NCBI RefSeq assembly: GCF_018977255.1
Contig: NW_024704742.1
Location: 70,186,001-70,250,000, forward strand
Length of the DNA: 64,000 nt
Reading direction: 5' to 3'
Origin: Callorhinchus milii
Lineage: Eukaryota
Position 1 is the first letter of the stretch; each line of letters opens with the position of its first letter. A program made the position numbers and the translations under genes. A model generated the notes under the pieces. That model worked only from the letters and a program-made list of their open reading frames with translations. It ran no database searches and was not told the DNA's origin. Of the stretch, positions 1-11,676 are shown in pieces.

Positions 1-1022
1 CCAAAACCATGAGCTGACCGTGGTGAGTCTTCCCGTCTGCTACTTTTGACCGAGCGAGGTTAGAATTGGGAGGCGGGGTGGGGAGGTAATGGGGCAAAGA
101 GAGAGCTGACACTGGTGATGTCTGACAAGCTGGTGTGCACTAGCCCACCAAGATCATAGAAACTGAGCCTTTCAGCCTTTGTTTCTGTGCTACTCTCATG
201 CTCTTTTATAGATATGTATATACAGTATATGTATGTGTATATATATATATGCACGCACACACTCACAAATGTCAGGTGATATCAAAGGGCAGGAATCCGA
301 CTAAAGGAGTTTCACCTTCACGATCAATCGGCAGTTGGTTTCAACACCTTACAACAACAATAATTTTATAGCATTTATATAGCTTCCTTCACACAGGGTA
401 GTTTCTCAGAGTGCTTGGACAACAAGGTTTTGCTATCTTTTTTCCTTCTCCTCCACTCCCACCCACCCCCCCCCCCCCCCACCCCAGTCACTCAATAATT
501 TAAGCAATATTTCAACTGAGGAAACATTCAGTGAAGAGTTTTGCTTGCACCAACCAGCAATCTGTCTGGCTATATGAAGTGGATGGTACATTTTCATACG
601 CACAATAAAGTGTGTCACCAATGTATTTCGCTTTTATACCTTGGACCTGTCTAAGACTTGTATGTTACAGAACTTGACGTGAAAAAGGATTGTATGGAAC
701 TGCTATTTTAGTAAAGTGCTTTTATTTTCTATAAAAAAGGAATCTGTGTTTCTTTAAATCATGAGATGGATTAAGCTTTTCAGTTTGTCGTTAATTTATT
801 TCTGTGCTCACACTGAATGAAAATGTGCTTGCATATATGTTCATATGCGCGTTGATGTGTCAGAATAGTGTGCGTATATTTGCCCATGCATGCACATGTG
901 TGTATGTGTGTGTGTCCATACAAACATGTGCATCTGTGCGTCAAGTGCTTTGAAATATCAATTTGATGTGAAAGGTGCTGCATTATTGTTAATTGTATTG
1001 TGTTTTATGTGGTGGGTGCTCG

Positions 1023-1347
1023 AATAATAATAATAATAATAATCCTTGCATTTGATATAGTGCTTTTCACGTCAAGAGGACGTCCCAAAGCGCTTCACAG
1101 AACACACTGTAAAGTGAATTGACTGTATATTTGTGGGCGAACGCGGCAGCCAATTGCGCACAGCAATGTCCCACAAACAGTCGTAGATTGAAATTGACCA
1201 ATTTATTATTGTTTTTGGTTTTGGAGGGATTATTATTAGGTGTGTGGAGTAAGGAAACTTGCCCAAGGTTTCGCCCTCTGCCTGGAATTGAACTCAGGTC
1301 TCTCGCTTGCAAAGCGAATGCTATGACCACTGAGCTACAGGGCTCCA
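1023..1347 (-). mobile_element. tRNA-derived SINE, short young form (family A), full length
   Basis: Minus strand begins TGGAGCCCTGTAGCTCAGTGG (A box) ... GAGTTCAATTCC (B box) and ends in an L2-like tail ...GCTTTGGGACGTCC...TATATCAAATGCAAGGA(TTA)n. Near-identical to copies at 4233, 15585, 16228, 34849 and 60234. Confidence 0.9.
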
Positions 1348-2739
1348 CGCACTACATAATAAGGCGTTAACTGTTTGATCTTTCACTTTATGGCTGTAAA
1401 TCTTGCAATAAGACAAAAGCATCCAGGAGTTTGATGTTGTCATGTAAGGATCTAGCTCTGGTTTATCTAAACATTGTTAGGGCTTATTTCTGAGAATCAG
1501 ATAGACTAACTAAGAATACTGTAATAAGATCCCAGAGGCAGATCAAAGCGGTAATCTCCAGAATTAGAACTATAGACAATTTACTAGATTGCAGAAGGCT
1601 ATTCTTATTGCAAAACATATTAAGGGATATGGGGATGGCAGTGTCAGGTTATTAGCTGGAGTTAGATTAGAAGATCAGCCATGATTGAATGGCGGGACAG
1701 GCTCGAAGGGACAAATGGCCTACTCCTGCTCCTACAAAAAAAAATTCATTCCATTGTGTCTGTGTTGGTTCTTTCAAAGAGCTATCCAATCAGTCCCATT
1801 GAACTGACCTTTCTCCTGTAGCCCGGCAAATTATTAATAATAATCCTAGTGTTTGATATAGCACTTTAACACATCGTTAAGACTTATCAAAGCGCTTCAC
1901 AGAATATACTGTAAAGTGCATTGACTGTATATTTTGTGGATTAAATATGCAGCCAATTTGCACAGAGCAATTTCCCACAAACAGCCATGAACTGAATGAT
2001 CAATTTTATTTGGGGTATTTGTTAGCCAGGACAACTTCTATAATAATAATAATAATCCTTGCATTTGATATAGCTCTTTTCATGTCTTCTAGACGTCTCA
2101 AAGAGCTTCACAGAATATGCTGTAAAGTGAATTGACTATTTTTGTGGGCGAATTGCGGCAGCCAATTGCGCACAGCAGTGTCCCACAAACAGTCGGGGTT
2201 TGAAGTGACTAATTTATTATTGGTTTTTTTTGAGGGATTGTTATCAGTCTTGTGGAGTAAGGAAATTTACCCAAGATTTCATCCTGCCGGGAATCGAATC
2301 CAGATCTCTCGCTTGCAAAGCGAGTTCTCTAACCGCTGAACTGCAGGACTTCCACAGCTACAGGTTCTCTTTGAACATTGCCATGAGATCTTTAACGTTC
2401 ACCTGAACAGGCAGATGGGACCTTGGATTCACGTCTCATCCAAAGGACGGCTCCTCCGACACTGCAACACCCCCCAGCACTGCATTGGAGTGTCAGCATT
2501 GACCAGGATGGTCAAACTTTAGGGCTGAGGAGAACCGGATGCCAGATTTGAGAAACTGCTATGGCCTGCCTAAGCAATATTTTTGTGTTTCCCTTCCAGA
2601 AACATAAGAATCATACAGGAATTCTGTTTTAAATTGTATTAATTAATTTTGCTATATTTTAGATACAATGCAAATGTTTTAAATAGGCAATCTAAATATA
2701 CATACAATTTTTTAAAGAATAATACAGACAGCGCTGAGG

Positions 2740-3902
2740 TCTCTATCTGTGTGTGTGTGTGTCTCTGTATCTGTCTGTGTATGTGTCTCTGTATCTTTCT
2801 GTGTGTCTCTCTGACCCTGTGTGTGTATCTTTCTCTGTGTGTATCTCTGTATCTTTCTATGTCTCTGTGTGTGTGTCTCTCCGACTCTGTGTGGGTGTCT
2901 CTCCTCTATCTGTCTGTGTCTGCCTGTCTGTCTGTCTGCCTGTCTGTGTGTATCTCTCTCTGTCTATGTGTGTCTCTGTATCTGTCTCTCTATATCTCTG
3001 TGTGGTGTCTCTCTCCCTCTGGCTGTCAGTGTGTGTGAGTGTATGTCTCCCCGTCTGTGTTTGTATGCGTGTTTCTCTCCCCGTCTGTGTGTGTGTATGT
3101 GTCTCTCTCTCTTCACGTGTTTGTGTGTGTGTGTATTTCTCTCTCTCTCTCTCTCTCTCCCCGTCTATCTGTCTGTGTATGTCTCACTCCCCACCCCCCC
3201 CACCCCCGTCTGTGTGTGTATGTGTCTCTCTTCCTCTGTCTGTGTGTGCGTCTCTATCTCCCTGTTCAGTCGGTGTGTGTGTATCTCTTTATGTGTCTCT
3301 GTATCTATCTCTCTATCTCTGTGTGTCTCTGACATTGTGTGTGTTTGTGTGTCTCCGTCTGTCTGTGTGTATCTCTCTCTCTGTCTATATGCATCTCTGC
3401 ATCTGTCTCTTTATATCTTTGTGCGAGTGTGTCTCTCTCCTCCTGTCTGTCAGTGTGTGTGTATGTCTCCCCTTGCCTCTCGCCGTGTGAGTGTGTGTGT
3501 CTCCCCATCTGTCTGTATATTGTATGTGTGTCTCTCTCTCCCCTCCCGTCTGGATATGTACGTGTGTCTCTCGCTCAGCCACTACACCCTAAACTGTGGA
3601 ACACTCCCTCAACCCCTCCGCCTTGCCCCCTCTCTCCCCTTTTTCAAGCCCTGCCTTAAAATCTAACCGTGCCTATGGTCACCTTCCCTCCCCCCCAGGC
3701 TCAGAGTCAGGCTCCGCCACTATAAAACGCCCTGAGATGCCAAGATGTGGAGGGCGCTATATAAGTGCAAGTTGTTGTTGTGTGTGTCTCTCCCTCTGTC
3801 TGTGTGTGTCTCTCTCTCCCCTCCCGTCTGTGTATGTCTGTGTGTGTGTGCCTCTCTCTCTCCCCTCCCCTGTCTGTGTGTGTATGGGTGTGTCTCTCTC
3901 CC

Positions 3903-3936
<34 letters not shown>

Positions 3937-5320
3937 ATGTCTCTTTCTCCCCGTGTGTGTATGTCTCTCTCCTCGCCCCACCCCCCCGTGTATGTATGTG
4001 TCTCTCTCTTTCTCCCTATCTGTGTGTGTATATGTATGTCTCTCCCTATGTATGTCTCTCACTGTCTCCCCTGTCTGTCTATGTATGTATGTCTCTCTCT
4101 CTCTCCCCCTGTGTGCATGTGTTGTGTGTGTCTCTCTCTCCCCCTATCTGTGTGTGTGTGTATGTATGTATGTCTCTCTCACCTTGTGTGCGTATGCCTC
4201 TCTCTCTCCCTCTGTCTGTGTATTTGTGTATATAATAATAATAATCCTTGCATTTGCTATGCGCTTTTCACGTCGGGAGGACGTCCCAAAGCGCTTCACA
4301 GAACACACTGTAAAGTGAATTGACTGTATAGTTGTGGGCGAACGCGGCAGCCAATTGCGCACAGCAATGTCCCATTGAAATTGACCAATTTATTTTGGTT
4401 TTGGAGGGATTATTATTAGGCTCTGTGTGGAGTAAGGAAACTTGCCCAAGGTTTCGCCCTCTGCCTGGAATTGAACTCAGGTCTCTCACTTGCAAAGCGA
4501 GTGCTCTAACCACTGAGCTACAGGACTCCACAATGTTTCTGTCTTTCCCCCATGTATGTATGTCTCTCTCTGCCCCTGTCAATGTCTGTGTGTTTGTGTA
4601 TCTCTCTCTCTGCCCGTCTGTGTGTGTGTGTGTCTCTCTCTCTCTCCCCCTATCCGTGTATGTCTCTCTCCCGGTGTAGTGTATATTTTTCTCTCTCCCA
4701 AGGTGTGTGTGTCTCTTTCCCCCAACCTTTTTGTGTGTGCGTGTCTCTCTCTCTCTCTATCCCCCTATGTGTGTGTCTTTCTCTCTCCCCCCTGATTGTG
4801 TCTCTCTCTCCCCCTGTGTGTGTGTGTCTCATTTTCTCTCTTCCCGGTCTGTGTGTGTGTCTCTCTCCACCTGTTTCTGTGTGTATGTGTCTCTCTCCCT
4901 GTGAGCCTGTGTGTGTCTCTCTCTTCCATATGTGTGTGTGTGTCTCTCCCCTTGTCTATGGGTGTTTCTATGTGTGTGTGTCTTTCTGCCCGTCAGTGTG
5001 TGTGTGTGTGTCCCTCTCCCCGTCTGTCTGTCTGTTTGTGTCTCTTTCCGACTTTCTGTCTGTGTGTCTCTCTCTCCCTTTCTGTCTGTCTGTGTGTATA
5101 TGCTTTGGGACGTCCTCACAACGTGAAAGGCGCTCTATAAATGTAATTTTGTTGTTGTTGTTGTTGATGTCTCACTCTCTCTCTCTCCCCCTGTCTGTGT
5201 GTGTGTGTCTCTCTCCCCACTTCTGACTGTCTGTATGTATGTCTCTCTCTCTCTCCCCGTCTGTGTGTCTGTGCCTCTCCCCGTGTGTGTGTGTTTCTCT
5301 CCCTCTCTCTCCTCTTATCT
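2740..5320. repeat. TG/TC low-complexity tract, interrupted by an L2 tail (~3575-3780) and a SINE (4233-4530)
   Basis: Continuous degenerate (TG)n/(TC)n mix; produces spurious C/V/S/L-rich ORFs. Confidence 0.95.
4233..4530 (-). mobile_element. tRNA-derived SINE family A
   Basis: Same head, body and (TTA)n tail as 1023-1347. Confidence 0.9.
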
Positions 5321-5324
5321 CCCC

Positions 5325-5866
5325 GTTTTCCTCTGCCACATTGCCCGTCTCCGACAATACCTCACTCCATAAGCTGCTGAAACCCTTGTCCATGCCTTTA
5401 TCACCTCTCGCTTGCACTACTCTAACACTCTCCTCGCTGGTCTCTCCTCCTCCATTATTCACAAAATTCAGCTCATCCAAAACTCCGCCGCCCCTATTCT
5501 CAACCGCATTAACCTCCACATCCCGATTACCCCAGCCCTTGCCAAACTCCACTGGCTCCCTGTCACAGAGCGGATCAACTTCTCTCTCGTGTTTAAATCC
5601 TTCCACACTTTGGCTCCCTGCTATCTCTCCAACCTCCTCTCTCCTCACTGCCTCCGCTTTACTTGCTCCGGCCTCCTCCTTGTCCCTCGAATCCTCTGCT
5701 TCACCATCGGCGGCCGTGCCTTCAGCCACTACACCCCGAAGCTATGGAAATCCCTCCCTCAATCCCTTCGTCTCGTCCCCTCTTTCCCTATTTTCAGGTT
5801 GCGCCTGAAGACCTTCCTCTTCAACCGTGTCTACGGTCACCTTCCCCTCCCCCTCGCTCCCCCGTT
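5325..5866 (+). mobile_element. L2-clade LINE 3' fragment (ORF2 C-terminal region, degenerate)
   Basis: Translation HYSNTLLAGL...KIQLIQNSAA...ITPALAKLHWLPVTERINF...LAPCYLSNLL...GGRAFSHYTPKLWKSLP...FRLRLKTFLF matches the characteristic L2 ORF2 C-terminus. Confidence 0.88.
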
Positions 5867-6262
5867 AAGTATGCAATATTTCTTAGAACCTTACAGCACA
5901 GGAGGCCATTCGGTCCATCGTGCATGTGCCGAAAAAGGGTTCTAAACGGAGTTCCTTAATTAAGAAATGATAACCACAAGGTGGACTCTATTTTTGGAGA
6001 TTACATTATGTCAGTTTACCGAGGGTGATGAGATTAACATAGGTTTTGTCATTTTTTAATAATAATCCTTGCCTTTTTTTAGTCAGCAGTCTGACCAAAA
6101 AAAGATTAATGGTGCACCATAGCATCCTTATCACCAGATGGCGACTGATTCACGAAAGTTGCTATGAGTTTGGTGCAGTGGCTGGACTGATTGAGACATG
6201 AGAAAAATAGCTTAAATTCCTAGTTTTTTGCACATGACAAGTAGCAGCCAGACAACAATAGT

Positions 6263-6765
6263 GAGCCTGGCTCAGTTAGTAATACTCTTGCCTCTGAGTC
6301 TGAAGGTTGTGGGTTCAAGCCCCACATCGGGACTTGAAATCACATAGTCTAAGTAAGCTGATACCACAATGTAGAGCTGCGGGTGATTGCATTGTCGGAG
6401 GTGCCATCTTTTGAATCGAGGTCCTGTTTGCCTGTTCAGGTGGATGTTATTAGGATGGCATTATTCGAAAAGAAAGGGAGTTTCTCTCTCCCAGTGTCTT
6501 GTCGAGCAATCCTCCAGATAAAATTGGTCACTGACTCCAAGTGGGACAATGCTTTGCACAAATTGGCTGCCATGTTGGCCAACGAAATGCACAGTTACAA
6601 AAATACACTTAACAGTAAATCCTGTGAACAACAACAACTTGCATTTATATAGTGCTCCTCACGCAGGGTAGCATTCCAGAACACTTGACAAGCTTGACAA
6701 AGCGCATTGAGACATTCTCCCATCGTGAAAAGCGCTGTATCAAATATAAGGATTATTATAATTAT
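6263..6765 (+). mobile_element. DeuSINE (SacSINE1/AmnSINE1-like) family C copy
   Basis: Head GAGCCTGGCTCAGTT...CCTCTGAGTC...GGGTTCAAGCCCCAC, central block TGCATTGTCGGAGGTGCC...CCTGTTCAGGTGGATGTT...GGCATTATTCGAA...GGGAGTTTCTC, and the shared 3' tail. Confidence 0.75.
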
Positions 6766-7874
6766 TAATAACTGAAGTGTACATTATAGGTGATATATTA
6801 TTATCAATTATTTATTATTACTCAATGAAGGATTATAATTGTTAATATGTTATTGTATTAATATTAGTAATGCAGCACCTTTTCACATAGGAGAATGCAT
6901 CAATACAATACAAAATAATATTTGTATAGCGCCTTTCACGTCGGGAGGACATCCCGAGGCGCTGGATGGACAGTCAGGGATTTGGACCCGAGCTGGGGGT
7001 TGGGATCGGGAGGGTGGATGGCAGGGAGGATAGGAAGGTCAACTTCCACATGAAATCGGATGACACCCAATTCTGTCTCTCAGCGTCCACGCTCGACTCA
7101 AGGACCACTGTAGCAGCTTGGGACACCCTCCACACGTGACAGGTGCTATACAAATGTAATTTTGTTTTGTAATAATACTTGCATTTGATCCAGCAACTTA
7201 TCACATTGATGAGATGTCTCAAAGCACTTCACAGAATATACTGCAAAGTGGATTGACTGTATTTTGTTTTGGAGGGATTTTTATCCCCAGTAAACAATCC
7301 ACCAATTGACTAACAACTGGGTTCTTACTTATTGCTTGGTAAACAGAGGCATGGAGTAAGGAAACTTGCCTAAGCTTTCGCTCTGCCTGAGAATCGAACC
7401 CAGATCCTCGTGCTTCCGAGGTGAGGGCTCTATCTACTACGATACTGGCCTCCCACACAAATGCTATATTTACAAATTTATATTTACACAGCACCTTTCA
7501 CATCAGGAGGACATCTTGAGGCGCTTAAGAATACTGTCTGTGCACTTGTGGTGGGGAGGAGAAAGATGACCAACAGTGCGGTCAAAGAGGTAGGTTTTGA
7601 GACAAATGTGTGTGTGTGGGGGGAGGAAAAGGGAGAGGTGAAAGGCAAATTCAAAGACAGGTTTGTAGGTGGGTTTCCACAGCAGAGCATGAAGGACCGA
7701 GGCCTCCTGATTAATTTCTTTTTGCAGCTACTTGAAAATCACCAGGAGAAAGCACCACAAGGAGTCAGGAGGCATTGATGTTCTTTGATGCTAAGCCAGT
7801 ATAATAATTTGTGCTGAGCCACATGCCTGGAAGCAGGTTTACAAGCAGCAGTTGTAATGTTGTGATGGCTTAAT

Positions 7875-8318
7875 GCCTGGCTCAATTGGTAGTCAGCCTC
7901 TGAGTCAGAAGGCTGTGGGTTCAAGTCCTCACATTGGGACTTTGACCTCACAGTCTATTCTGGGCTGGCACGCCAGCCAGCAATGCTGGATGGGAGCACC
8001 GGACTATCAGACACATCGTCCTTTGGATGAAATGTTAAACTGAGCTCCCCGTCTGTGTCTGTTCAGGTGGATAGTAAAGATACAAAAGCACTACACGAAA
8101 AAAGGGAGTTTTTCTCTCCTGATGTCCTGGCCATTTATCTCCCAGATAAATTCAGTCACTCACTTCATGCCTATTTGCAGGTTGTTGATGTGTGCAAATT
8201 GTCTGCTGTGTTCATCTAAGAACACACAGTCACTACACTACAGGGAATCCTGTGAAGCGCTTTGAGACATCCTCCTGGCGTGAAAGGCGCTGTACCAAAT
8301 GTAAAGATTATTATTATT
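7875..8318 (+). mobile_element. DeuSINE family C copy
   Basis: Same head and the core CCTTTGGATGAAATGTTAAACTGAG...CTGTTCAGGTGGA; tail ends (TTA)n. Confidence 0.72.
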
Positions 8319-9074
8319 TGCCAGTTAGCAGTCCACATACATAAACTATCAAGCTTTCCATAAAACCATTGAAATTTATAGCATAGAAAAAGGTCATTCA
8401 GTCCATCATGTCTGTGCCGCTCCTTCAAGAGCAATCCTTTCAGTCCCATTGACCTACACTGTTCTGCACACTCCTCATTTTAAGCTATTTATCTAGTTCT
8501 GGCTTGAAAACTAACATACATTCTGTCTTAATCACCGCTCCTGACACGACATTCCATATCCTAACCACTCCATGGGTAAAAAAATCTCTCCTAACCTCCC
8601 CATTTGCTCGTTTACTAACTATCTCACATTGATGCCCTCCAGTCACTTAGTCACAAAATAATCTCTCGCTGTTGACTTGTTCAATCTTTGTTGATTTTGA
8701 TTCTAATAAATAATCAACATTAATTAGGTCTGTGTTCATGAACATTGCGTGTGTGTGGGAGAGCGTGAAATATGTGTGTGGTAGTGGATGGAATGAATTC
8801 AAGCGAAGGAGGAGAGTGGAGGGTCTGTAAGTGTGTGAGTGAGGAAGAGCGCGGAAGGTGTGAGTGGGTGGGGAAGAGGGCAGGGGGTGTGAGTGAGCCC
8901 CTCCTGTGACTTTCCCCGCAGTATATATGAATGGTAATTTTTATACTTCTCACGCTCAACAGGCTATGTTGTCGGTGCATTGCTGAGTGTAACAGGCAAC
9001 AACAGGCAATGTGTAAGGCATTCCAGGTCGGGGGTCACATAAAGGATACTCAGACCTGAACCTGCGCATGACGG

Positions 9075-9375
9075 GAGAGAGGGAAGAAGGGAGAGAGGGC
9101 GAGGAGAGAGGGAGGAGGAGATGGGGGGAGGAAGGGGGAAAGAGGAGAGTGAGTGAGAGGAGAGTGAGGAAAGGAGAGTGAGGGAGAGGAAAGTGAGGGA
9201 GAGGAGGGGGGGAGGGAGAGAGGGGGAAGGGGGAAAGACGGGAGGAGGAAAGAAGAGAGAGGGAGGGAGGAGTAGGAGAGTAGGTAGATGGAAAAATAGG
9301 GAGGGGCGGGTAAGAGGATGAGGAGAGGGGATTGAGGAGGAGGAGGAGGGGGGAGTTGGAGAAGGAGGGAAGGAA
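9075..9375. repeat. Polypurine (GA/GGA-rich) low-complexity tract
   Basis: Almost pure G/A on the + strand for about 300 bp. Confidence 0.9.
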
Positions 9376-10349
9376 AATAAGCAGTCTGCACCCTCCCCCA
9401 CCCAACACACACACACACACCAAAACTAAGACTGGATTTAAGAAGCTTCCAATATCCTACCTGCATGCTGCTGAAATTTGAAGATGGTGATATTAAGGTT
9501 TAGAGCATGGAGTATTTAGGCCTGAGGGAGTGGATGGTGGGGGGTTGGAGGGGGAGAATAGTTATAGGAAGCTACTATACTGTCTGGTTCTGAGAGATTA
9601 CATACATACACTATCTATCTCTCGATACCACATGTGAGCACACAGCCTTGAATTAATATCTCCCTGGTGGGCTTATTTGAAGATTGCCATTAAAATGCAG
9701 GCTCAGCCAGGGGACTCAGCCCAACTTTTCTTTCTAGGTCAATTTGCTAATCAAATATTCGCTGTCTGACCTTGCAGCATTTGATGTGTTCTCGCGCGTA
9801 CGGTGCTGGTTGAGGCTTCACTGTCGGTGCTCCTCACAGCTTGGCTCGGACAGCAAGGTAAGAAGGTATAATAATAATAAAAATAATCCTTGTATTTGAT
9901 ATAGTGCTTTATCACATTATTGAGACGTCTCAAAGCTTCACGGAATATATTGTAAAATCAATTGACTGTATTTTGTGGGCGAAATGCGGCAGCCAATTGC
10001 GCACAGCAATGTCTCCGCCAATCGATTAACAACCAGGTTCCTACTTACTGCTGGGTAAACTGAGATGTGTGGTGTAAGGAATCTTGCCTAAGGTTTCGCC
10101 CCCCGGGAATCGAACCTGGGTCTTCTCAACAGCAACAACAACTTGGATTTATATAGCGCCCTCCACGCTGGATGGCGTCTCAGAACGCTTAACCTTCCCC
10201 CACCCTACCCCCGGTGCCGAGCCAGGGGGAGGGTGGAGGAAGGTGACCAAAGGCACAGTCAAGAGAAAGGTCTTCAGAAGAGACCTGAAAATAGGAAGAG
10301 AGGGGACGAGGCGAAGGGAGTGAGGAAGGGAGTTCCAGAGCCTCGGGTT

Positions 10350-10988
10350 ACATGCCTTGACTTACATGACAAATTTTTTCGCTGATTCCAGAATTTCATT
10401 TTGACCGAAAATGACGTGTCTTTGGTCTCTTCACCATTCTCATATGATGTTGACAAAACCCCATTTGATCTCCAACTCGAGCCTATTGACCTGCAATGTG
10501 ATCCATTGCTTGCGGAGCAATTCAAATCAGTGCCGCTTCCCAGTTTTTACGCCTCTTAATGAATATACCTTTCCAAAAATAAAGGCTCATGCCCGGAAGG
10601 TACTTGTGCTGTTTGGATCAAAATGCATATGGAAGGAGACATTTTCTGTGATGAAATTCAATAATTCAAAATCCAGATCTGTGATGACTGATGACCACCT
10701 TGCAGCAGTACTCTGCATTGCAACAACGGAGACAATGCTTGACTTCAGTTGTCTGGTTAACCCACATCAGCGCTCTCATTCATCCCATGAAATGAGCTTC
10801 TCACATTCTCATCAAAATGTGAAAAAATAATTTTAATGAATATCAATTGTATATACTTTATTTTGTGTATGTACAAGTGTAAGACGTGATTTTGAGCTAT
10901 TATTAAGCATTTGCATCTATAGCAAGTGTGTGGGCCGCTACCAAAACTCGTGAAGTGGCCGCCAGACAAAATAATGGGCCCAACCCTG
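10350..10988 (+). mobile_element. hAT (Charlie/SPIN/GTF2IRD2-like) DNA transposon 3' fossil: transposase C-terminal dimerisation region plus right end
   Basis: Across one stop and one frameshift it reads ...SLVSSPFSYDVDKTPFDLQLEPIDLQCD... then FPKIKAHARKVLVLFGSKCIWKETFSVMKFNNSKSRSVMTDDHLAAVLCIAT, the hATC FGSTYxCExxFSxMK motif. It ends in ...GGGCCCAACCCTG, the reverse of a CAGGG-type TIR. Confidence 0.85.
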
Positions 10989-11140
10989 GTTTACACAATA
11001 TCAATTCCAAGTCCTGACTCAGGGCTTAAACAACAACAACAACAACTGGTGCAGCCCCCGACTGGGCCTGGCTGACCACAAGTGAAACCAGTGCTGTGTG
11101 AGAGGGAGTCTGACCACAGTGTGAGCCACAGGCTGAGCTG

Positions 11141-11535
11141 AGGGGCGTGGCTCCCCACAGACTGGCAGGGCGGAGGGCGTGGCTCCCCACAGACTGGCAG
11201 GCCGGGGGGGCGTGGCTCCCCACAGACTGGCAGGGCGGGGGGCGTGGCTCCCCACAGACTGGCAGGGCGGGGGGGCGTGGCTCCCCACAGACAGGCAGGG
11301 CGGGGGGGCGTGGCTCCCCACAGACAGGCAGGGCTGGGGGGCGTGGCTCCCCACAGACAGGCAGGGTGGGGGGCGTGGCTCCCGACAGGCAGGGCGGGGG
11401 GGGCGTGGCTCCCCACAGACAGGCGGGGCGGGGGGGGGCGTGGCTCCCCACAGACTGGCAGGGCGGGGGGGCGTGGCTCCCCACAGACAGGCAGGGCGGG
11501 GGGCGTGGCTCCCCACAGACAGGCGGGGGGGGGCG
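11141..11535 (+). repeat. GC-rich minisatellite, 12 copies of a ~32-bp unit GGGCGTGGCTCCCCACAGAC(T/A)GGCAGGGC(G)n
   Basis: Twelve GCGTGGCTCCC cores counted directly. Confidence 0.95.
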
Positions 11536-11676
11536 GAGCTCCGCGGGCTGTCAATCACTGCGCGTGCGTCCCCACGCACGGCTGAAGCCGGGCAGCGCGT
11601 GATGCGTCAGTCAGTCTGTGTCTGTCCGCTGAGGAAGTGCAGAGGAGGAGAGGCTGAGGCTGGTGTAACACAGCAG
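11536..11676 (+). promoter_or_regulatory. ADISSP: Probable CpG-rich promoter and non-coding first exon of ADISSP (donor CAG/GTAAGG at 11677)
   Basis: CpG-dense unique sequence with NRF1-like TGCGCGTGCG, CRE-like GCGTCA and ETS GAGGAAGTG motifs, followed by a consensus 5' splice site. It is the only such island upstream of the ATG exon. The link to ADISSP is inferred. Confidence 0.55.

Noticed and set aside
60..266. 68-aa minus-strand ORF
   Set aside because: Starts in a TA/CA repeat and has no recognisable domain.
1067..1370. Recurrent ORFs such as MESCSSVVRALALQ... and ...[15 protein letters not shown]
   Set aside because: Conceptual translations of SINE copies, not a gene family.
2649..5320. 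Many long C/V/S/L-rich and H/T/R-rich ORFs
   Set aside because: Translations of TG/TC simple repeats, open in several frames at once.
8956..9062. Minus-strand exon after a long pyrimidine tract
   Set aside because: The tract is low-complexity repeat, and there is no recognisable peptide or partner exon.
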